This document shows, in pieces, positions 26,917 through 32,000 of a stretch of 32,000 bases of DNA (position 1 is its first letter; each line of letters begins with the position of its first letter). A model generated the notes under the pieces. It saw only the letters and a program-made list of their open reading frames with translations, was not told the origin of the DNA and did no database searches. The position numbers and the translations under genes were made by a program. This DNA comes from Nostoc sp. UHCC 0702 (GTDB taxonomy: Bacteria > Cyanobacteriota > Cyanobacteriia > Cyanobacteriales > Nostocaceae), in contig CP071065.1 in the NCBI GenBank assembly GCA_017164015.1, positions 777,409 to 809,408 on the forward strand, read 5' to 3'.

Positions 26917-27167
26917 GCACTTGTGAGGGGTACTTCAATTTCTTCAGCACGCCATGCTGCATAGGCAAGTGCTTCATAAATATCAGCTTCTTCAAGGTAA
27001 GGATATGCTTTGAGAATATGGCTATTGCTGTGTCCAGATGCTACTAAGCCGACTATAGTACCAACGGTGACACGCATTCCACGAATGCAGGGTTTACCAC
27101 CCATTACTTCTGGATTACGTGTAATTCTAGTGAGATTTTGCATAATATTTTCTTGTTTTCTTGCCAA
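26913..27167 (-). CDS. DUF433 antitoxin-like protein
   Basis: 84 aa. ..ITRNPEVMGGKPCIRGMRVTVGTIVGL...YPYLEEADIYEALAYA is the DUF433 signature. An alternative start is Met at 27143. Confidence 0.8.
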   Translation of the reverse strand: MARKQENIMQNLTRITRNPEVMGGKPCIRGMRVTVGTIVGLVASGHSNSHILKAYPYLEEADIYEALAYAAWRAEEIEVPLTSA

Positions 27168-27267
27168 AGTACAAAAATGACTGCATCACTATTTTTCATT
27201 ATGGACATAGACCAGACGATCGCACCGCTGTTTAATGCAAAAATGTTGAGGGCTTCCAGAAATTGAT

Positions 27268-28479
27268 ATGACACGAAAATGGCTTTCTATTGTGGGTATT
27301 GGCGAAGACGGGTTACAGGGATTAAGCGCGATCGCTCGTTGTGTTGTCAATGAAGCTGAAGTTATTATAGGCGGCGATCGCCATTTGGCAATGTTACCAC
27401 CGGATGATCAACGTGAGAAACTCACCTGGACATCTCCTATTACCGCCTCAGTAGCAGCAATTATCCAGCGTCGCGGTCAGTCAATTTGTGTGTTGGCAAG
27501 TGGCGACCCCATGTGTTATGGCATTGGCGTGACTCTGACGCGGCATATTCCTGTCTCGGAAATGACCATTATCCCCGCACCTTCAACCTTCAGCCTCGCC
27601 TGTGCCAGGCTGGGATGGTCTTTAACTGAGGTGGAAACCTTGAGTTTAAACGCTCGTCCACCTTCGCTACTCCAATCTTATATCTATCCTGGGGCGCGGC
27701 TGTTGATTTTGAGCGAGGGCAAAGATACACCTGCAATTGTTGCTGAGATATTGACAAAACGTGGTTATGGTGGTAGTAAAATCACAGTCTTAGAACGGAT
27801 GGGTGGTAGTCACGAGCGAATTGTGCAAGGTACGGCTGCCTCTTGGAGTGAAACTCAAATTGCTGCTTTAAATGCGATCGCTGTTGATTGTATTGTTGAT
27901 GCTGGGGTTGTGCCTTTGCCGAGGTTGCCAGGGCTATTAGATAACGCCTATCACCATGATGGACAGCTAACGAAGCACGAAGTCAGGGCGGTGACTCTTG
28001 CTGCTTTAGCCCCCACACCGGGAGAGTTGCTGTGGGATGTCGGCGCGGGTTGCGGTTCAATTTCTATTGAATGGCTGCGGACTCATGTTCGGTGTCGAGC
28101 GATCGCAATTGAACAAAACTCTTCTAGACTACATTACATTGCCGATAATGCCGCCGCCCTTGGTACGCCAAACCTGCAAATTGTCGAAGGTAAAGCGCCC
28201 CACGCCCTCAAAGACTTGCCTGCACCTGATGCCATATTTATTGGTGGAGGAGTCACAGCAGAGGGACTTTTCAATATTTGCTGGTCAGCACTGCGCCCAG
28301 GCGGACGTTTGGTGGCAAATGTCGTCACTATTGAAGGTGAGCAAACCTTATTTCAATGGTATCAACAAGTCGGTGGTAATTTTACTCGCATTGCCATCCA
28401 GAGGGCAGAACCCATCGGTAAATTTTTGGGTTGGCGAGCAATGGCACCTGTTACACAATGGGTAGTAGTCAAGTCTTGA
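27268..28479 (+). CDS. cobL: Precorrin-6Y C5,15-methyltransferase (decarboxylating), CbiE/CbiT fusion
   Basis: 403 aa. N-terminal CbiE-like LSIVGIGEDG...VIIGGDRHL. C-terminal CbiT-like SAM site LTKHEVRAVTLAAL..LWDVGAGCGSISIEW. Confidence 0.88.
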   Translation: MTRKWLSIVGIGEDGLQGLSAIARCVVNEAEVIIGGDRHLAMLPPDDQREKLTWTSPITASVAAIIQRRGQSICVLASGDPMCYGIGVTLTRHIPVSEMTIIPAPSTFSLACARLGWSLTEVETLSLNARPPSLLQSYIYPGARLLILSEGKDTPAIVAEILTKRGYGGSKITVLERMGGSHERIVQGTAASWSETQIAALNAIAVDCIVDAGVVPLPRLPGLLDNAYHHDGQLTKHEVRAVTLAALAPTPGELLWDVGAGCGSISIEWLRTHVRCRAIAIEQNSSRLHYIADNAAALGTPNLQIVEGKAPHALKDLPAPDAIFIGGGVTAEGLFNICWSALRPGGRLVANVVTIEGEQTLFQWYQQVGGNFTRIAIQRAEPIGKFLGWRAMAPVTQWVVVKS

Positions 28480-28495
28480 TCAGTAGGGGCGTTGA

Positions 28496-28628
28496 TAGTC
28501 AATAGTCAATGGTCAATGGTCAATGGTCAATGGTCAATGGTCAATGGTCAATGGTCAATGGTCAATGGTCAATGGTCAATGGTCAATGGTCAATGGTCAA
28601 TAGTCAATGGTCAATGGTCAACAGTCAA
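28496..28628. repeat. Long STRR tract: 19 heptamer units (TGGTCAA, with TAGTCAA/CAGTCAA variants)
   Basis: 133 nt equals 19 x 7, counted from the sequence. It fills nearly the whole convergent spacer. The stop codon of the minus-strand Uma2 gene (28625-28627) lies in the last unit. Confidence 0.95.
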
Positions 28629-29314
28629 TTATCCTTTGACAACTGCTTGACAAAATTTTGATGTTCTGGCGAATTTAATCCTTCTTGCAATACTGCTAAA
28701 ACTCTCACCATATCACCTGTCAACAAGGCTGGTACTGCTAACCACAAACCAGGCATTATCTGACTTTTAATAATTCCATTAGCATCTGGTTGCAGAGGCA
28801 CATACTCACTTTCACTCAAACCGAACCAATCCAGACGATTTTCTAAGATTTGCCAAACAATGTATTCTTGAATTCCATTGCGGCGATAAGCCTTTTTTTT
28901 GTCGTGCAAATCATAGGCTGCACTGCTGGCGGCAATTTCTGCTGCTAACTCTGGTGCGCCTTCAATGTAATCATCCTCTGTTAAGCGCGACTGTCCCCCC
29001 AGTTGATGATCAATTAACAAAACTCCATCTGGTTGAGGTTCATTATCTTGATCTAGACGCACTGTTGGATCAATTCCTAACTTGACACCTGGAGTAGCAA
29101 TTTGGTAAGTTCCCAACCAAATAACTATCTTGCCATGTGGTTCAGCATGACGTTCAAAACGTAGGGGAGATGCCACGTAGACGATTCCTTCAATTAGTTC
29201 AGCTTTTTTAATATCGGGTTTTGCCGTGTAACGACGCTCAAATTCATGGCGAGATAAGCGATCGCCATTTTCTAACGGTAGAGTTTGGTTAGGGTGTGGT
29301 TGCTGTCTCACCAT
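28625..29314 (-). CDS. Uma2-family (DUF820) restriction-endonuclease-like protein
   Basis: 229 aa. ..ENGDRLSRHEFERRY..AELIEGIVYVASP..HAEPHG.., PDGVLLID, and APELAAEIAASS are typical of the Uma2 family abundant in cyanobacteria. Confidence 0.8.
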   Translation of the reverse strand: MVRQQPHPNQTLPLENGDRLSRHEFERRYTAKPDIKKAELIEGIVYVASPLRFERHAEPHGKIVIWLGTYQIATPGVKLGIDPTVRLDQDNEPQPDGVLLIDHQLGGQSRLTEDDYIEGAPELAAEIAASSAAYDLHDKKKAYRRNGIQEYIVWQILENRLDWFGLSESEYVPLQPDANGIIKSQIMPGLWLAVPALLTGDMVRVLAVLQEGLNSPEHQNFVKQLSKDN

Positions 29315-29405
29315 CTATCTAGCATCCCTCTGTCAGTCCTAGCTCCTTTATCTTAATAGGGAACTTCAAGAAATAAATTAGCTGGTTTGATGGCTGATGA
29401 CTGAT

Positions 29406-29597
29406 CTGATTTTTCACGTTATGTGGAAAAATAAACCCAGAACCTAACCCCCTAGCCCCCTTCCCTAGTAGGGAAGGGGGAAATTCAAAGCCTCTAACGC
29501 CACTTGCTACAACGCGGGAAACCCGCGCAACGCAGGGCTACCTCCTTGTAGGGCAGAGGAATGGAAGCGGGGTTTTCCAGATCCTGTGAAAAGTCAG
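29406..29597. mobile_element. MITE copy B (192 bp), same family as 4986-5132, with a nested insertion of about 45 nt
   Basis: ctgatttttcacgttatgtggaaaa...cccccttccct-agt-agggaagggg...aggaatggaagcggggttttccagatcctgtgaaaagtcag. Relative to copy A there is an extra aacgccacttgctacaacgcgggaaacccgcgcaacgcagggctac after aaagcctct. The TIRs are imperfect, and it sits inside heptamer tracts, so no clear TSD is visible. Confidence 0.8.
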
Positions 29598-29601
29598 GAT
29601 A

Positions 29602-29636
29602 ACTGATGACTGTTGACTGTTGACTGTTGACTGTCA
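29602..29636. repeat. STRR heptamer tract (ACTGTTG)n, reverse complement of CAACAGT
   Basis: actgatg actgttg actgttg actgttg actgtca, read directly. CAACAGT is the STRR3 unit described for Calothrix (from memory). Confidence 0.8.
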
Positions 29637-29681
29637 GTGATGAACAATTAGAATCAAAGATTTTTCTGTCACTCTGAATTA

Positions 29682-30428
29682 TTAACTTTGCAATTTTTCA
29701 AAAAGCCATGCTAAAGCACCATCAACATCGGCAACTTGTTCCCCTGGTGGTATGGCTGGACGATTTACCATCACAACCTTTAATCCTAATTCCCGTGCAG
29801 CGATAATTTTGGCATAGGTTGCATCACCACCGCTATTTTTGCTCACGATGGTATCGATGTTGTGGTGAATCAGGATTTTTCTTTCATTATCCAGGGCAAA
29901 GGGGCCGCGATCGCACAATATCATCCCTGGCGGAACAACAGCATCAGCAGTCGGCGGGTCAATCATCCGCATCAAAAACCAAATATCCTTCAAATCAGCA
30001 AAGACCGCTAATTCTTGTCTGCCGACGGTTAAAAATACCCTCTGTGCTTGGTTTTTTAAGACAGCAGCCGCCGCTTCGGTATTATCAACTTCCATCCAGC
30101 GATCGCCATTCACTTTTTCCCAAGGGGGACGAATCAACATCAAACGCGGTATACTCACAACAGTTGCAGCAGTTGCGGCATTCCAAGAAATTTGAGTAGC
30201 GAAGGGATGGGTAGAGTCAATGAGCAAATCGATATGCATTTCCCGCAGATAGCTAGCCAAGCCAGTAGCACCACCAAAGCCGCCAATCCGCACACTGCCA
30301 ACTAAAGTTGATGGTTCACGGGTGCGACCGGCTAGAGATGCGATCGCCTCAATTCCTGGGATAGTCGCAACTCTAGCAACTAGTTCAGCAGCATCTCCCG
30401 TTCCACCTAAAATCAAAACGCGCATCAT
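29682..30428 (-). CDS. cobK: Precorrin-6A (cobalt-precorrin-6A) reductase
   Basis: The start is placed at MMRVLILGGTGDAAELV (30428). The body has GGFGG..GLASYLREMHIDLLIDSTHPFA, typical of CobK/CbiJ. The 71 residues upstream in the listed ORF are translations of repeat DNA. Confidence 0.85.
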   Translation of the reverse strand: MMRVLILGGTGDAAELVARVATIPGIEAIASLAGRTREPSTLVGSVRIGGFGGATGLASYLREMHIDLLIDSTHPFATQISWNAATAATVVSIPRLMLIRPPWEKVNGDRWMEVDNTEAAAAVLKNQAQRVFLTVGRQELAVFADLKDIWFLMRMIDPPTADAVVPPGMILCDRGPFALDNERKILIHHNIDTIVSKNSGGDATYAKIIAARELGLKVVMVNRPAIPPGEQVADVDGALAWLFEKLQS

Positions 30429-30621
30429 ATCATGTCCGTTTAAACACTTATGATATCTGTGGAGGTCGGTAATTGGGAATTGGTAATTGGTAATTGGTAA
30501 TTGGTTTTGAGTATTACCTATTATATCATGTCCGTTTAAACACTTATGATATCTGTGGAGGTCGGTAATTGGGAATTGGGAATTGGTAATTGGTAATTGG
30601 TAATTGGTAATTGGTAATTGG
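30427..30621. repeat. 96-bp tandem duplication of the cobK leader, each copy ending in (GGTAATT)n heptamers
   Basis: atatcatgtccgtttaaacacttatgatatctgtggaggtcggtaattgggaattgg occurs at 30427 and again at 30523. Heptamer runs lie at 30468-30505 and 30564-30621. Confidence 0.85.
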
Positions 30622-30653
30622 ATTCTACTATGAGTCATCACATCTCACCCACT

Positions 30654-30793
30654 ACCCATTTACCCATTTACCCATTTACCCATTTACCCATTACCCATTA
30701 CCCATTACCCATTACCCATTACCCATTACCCATTACCCATTACCCATTACCCATTACCCATTACCCATTACCCATTACCCATTACCTATTACC
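30654..30793. repeat. Simple repeat: (ACCCATTT)x4 then (ACCCATT) about x14
   Basis: Read directly. It produces the artefactual PITHYPL ORFs 30611-30823 and 30618-30815. Confidence 0.95.
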
Positions 30794-30888
30794 AAGCAAA
30801 CCGACTATATCGTAAGTAATTAGCCGAACTTGATATCATAGCTTTGTCTGCGTTTTTTGTGTCTCTGCGGTTAGCTAAATTCCTCTGA

Positions 30889-31302
30889 TTAACCTAACGG
30901 TGGAATCCTTGCCAGAATACCCTTTTTTAGAGGCTCAGGTCGCTTTGCCCAAGGTAGTAACCCATCAGCTTTAGCATAGTATTGACTAGCACATTCCAGT
31001 ACAGCAGATGCACTACCCTCAGCAGCTAAATCACCAAACAAATATGTTAACTTGCCACCAGCAGCAAAAGCCACCACGCAGGAACGGTTACAAGCACTCA
31101 TGCATTCCACTTCTTTGATGGGGAAATCATCCCGTAAATCCCAATTTTGTGCAAGGTGCTGAAGCTGTTGTAGGAGTTTTTCACCTCCACTTTCACCTTG
31201 ACGTTTTCCATCTTGCCAAACACTGGCACAGGTTTTACACACAAATAAAGTGTGAACCATACCAGAGGAATTATTGGTAGAAATATTTGCAGTGGCAGTC
31301 AT
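30889..31302 (-). CDS. DUF1636-type Cys-rich metal-binding protein (cobalamin-cluster associated)
   Basis: LFVCKTCASVW...VECMSACNRSCVVAF Cys pattern. The start is moved to Met at 31302 (MTATANI), which has GAGG 8 nt upstream. The listed ATG at 31350 lies inside the riboswitch B12 box. Confidence 0.65.
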   Translation of the reverse strand: MTATANISTNNSSGMVHTLFVCKTCASVWQDGKRQGESGGEKLLQQLQHLAQNWDLRDDFPIKEVECMSACNRSCVVAFAAGGKLTYLFGDLAAEGSASAVLECASQYYAKADGLLPWAKRPEPLKKGILARIPPLG

Positions 31303-31337
31303 CCGTACCTCGCAGATTTGTGGAACTATTAAGTAGA

Positions 31338-31495
31338 CTTCGGCGGGCATCCTGACTCACTTGATTTGAGATTTGGGATTTTTAATCATTTATCTAGAAT
31401 CACAAACTAGTTTACAGTTGCGGGACAGTGCCGGATTTACACCGAACTTTCCCCGTTACCTCTGGTGACTGACCCCCACCAGAACCGAATTGCCC
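31338..31495 (-). promoter_or_regulatory. Cobalamin (B12) riboswitch
   Basis: The minus strand reads ...ctggtgggggtcagtcaccagaggtaacGGGGAAAgttcGGTGtAAAtCCGGCactGtCCCGCaACTGTaAac... This matches the conserved core AGGGAA..GGTG.AA..CC..GC.G..CCCGC.ACTGT.A. It is followed by gAGTCAGGATGCCCGCCg (plus-strand 31342-31357), which matches 13 of 16 positions of the B12-box consensus AGYCMGGAGACCKGCC. Confidence 0.75.
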
Positions 31496-31499
31496 ATCC

Positions 31500-31527
31500 A
31501 TCATACCACTAGTATTCACAATGTAAA
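31500..31527 (-). promoter_or_regulatory. Candidate sigma70-type promoter for the riboswitch transcript
   Basis: Minus strand: TTTACA (31527-31522), 16-nt spacer, TATGAT (31505-31500). This would place the TSS just upstream of the riboswitch core. Confidence 0.3.
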
Positions 31528-31877
31528 CAACCGATAGTACACCGCATTCAGACACGTCTGCAATGGTTTGGCGATCGCGAGGGAATTAGCGCCAATCAGG
31601 AGATGGGAAAAGGGGGTGAGGCTTGGCAAAGATCACCCCTAAACTTACAGATTTATTTCTACTCAAAGACTTATTGAGAAAATTAACTCACTTTTGAAGT
31701 GTTACAAAAGCTGTTATATTAGAGCAATTAAGCTGTCATTTGCTCTATCTTTAGGAAGATAAATCCAAATTAATCCCCCTAACGTTAGACATGAAAGCTT
31801 TTCCTTTGTTGTAACCATTGCTCAAGTCCAGCTTGATAAATCATGTCTCATGTGAAGTAGTCTATTAATCGGTAACA

Positions 31878-32000
31878 ATGATTCATAAACCACATTTCAA
31901 GCCTTGTTACTCCGTTGAAACCATAGAGCCAGACCAAGTATTTCTCTTATCAGAGAGAGAGACAGTTTTGTTGAGCGATCGCTTGTCTTGTCGTGTAGCT
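31878..32000 (+). CDS. 5' end of a gene running off the window; N-terminus resembles TOMM/cyclodehydratase-type (leader-peptide-binding) proteins
   Basis: The frame from ATG 31878 stays open to base 32000: MIHKPHFKPCYSVETIEPDQVFLLSERETVLLSDRLSCRVA. The pattern K-P-x-F/L-K-x-x-Y/F-x-V-E-x-x-E-P-x-x-V-F-L-L-S-E recalls N-termini of cyanobacterial TOMM-type proteins (from memory). Only 41 codons are visible. Confidence 0.3.
   Translation, partial: MIHKPHFKPCYSVETIEPDQVFLLSERETVLLSDRLSCRVA

Noticed and set aside
28037-28465. 142-aa plus-strand ORF and other internal or antisense ORFs (705-893, 1149-1349, 1443-1661, 3298-3495, 3696-3899, 4130-4354, 4439-4639, 5515-5709, 6905-7111, 7591-7809, 8107-8304, 9964-10206, 14396-14626, 14994-15176, 16128-16313, 16365-16553, 17586-17780, 17764-18075, 19071-19310, 19761-19973, 24503-24697, 25464-25658, 26699-26964, 28134-28328, 29819-30199)
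   Set aside because: Each is nested in, or antisense to, a longer ORF with a clear family assignment or better coding features. None shows recognisable motifs.
30429-30641. 71-residue N-terminal extension of the cobK ORF-track model (..QLPITNYQLPITN..DLHRYHKCLNGHD x2)
   Set aside because: It is encoded by heptamer repeats and the 96-bp tandem duplication. The canonical CobK N-terminus MMRVLILGGTGD starts at 30428.
30611-30823. ORFs 30611-30823 and 30618-30815 (PITHYPLPITHYPL...)
   Set aside because: They are translations of the (ACCCATT)n simple repeat.
31303-31350. ATG at 31350 as the start of the DUF1636 gene
   Set aside because: That ATG is part of the B12-box-like AGTCAGGATGCCCGCC of the riboswitch. 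The downstream Met at 31302 has a GAGG ribosome-binding site.
1-32000. Searched by eye for tRNA/rRNA genes, cas genes, integrases/transposases and reverse transcriptases
   Set aside because: None were recognised. No T-loop-like GGTTCGAATCC-type sequence occurs in a tRNA context. No ORF has cas, recombinase or RT motifs. The MITEs are non-autonomous.

Overview
Chromosomal segment of a filamentous, heterocyst-type cyanobacterium (Nostoc/Anabaena/Calothrix-like). Supporting signs are frequent HIP1 octamers (GCGATCGC), heptamer STRR tracts in almost every intergenic region, an HLIP gene and minCDE. Housekeeping genes recognised from the translations: ald, cydB, argS, minC, minD, minE, fmt, a GlgP-type alpha-glucan phosphorylase, cobL, cobK and a DUF1636-type gene preceded by a cobalamin riboswitch. 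Accessory content is interleaved. (1) An AT-rich, HIP1-free cassette (5135-7149, minus strand) encodes a translationally coupled ABC-like ATPase plus a Toprim-like (DUF4276-type) protein. It has OLD/PARIS/AbiL-like logic and no assigned function that I know of, and is my best candidate for an undescribed defence system. (2) A CRISPR array of 24 identical 37-nt repeats (11262-12971) has no cas gene anywhere in the window and is preceded by a near-perfect 138-bp tandem repeat. (3) A small islet carries a DUF429 nuclease-like gene and a DUF433/DUF5615 toxin-antitoxin pair. (4) There are two copies of a MITE, one with a clear 10-bp target-site duplication, plus a modular GC-rich repeat family and composite G-rich/heptamer blocks. 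cydB has no cydA partner. Many listed ORFs are translations of repeats or antisense frames. All family assignments come from motif recognition by eye; no searches were run.
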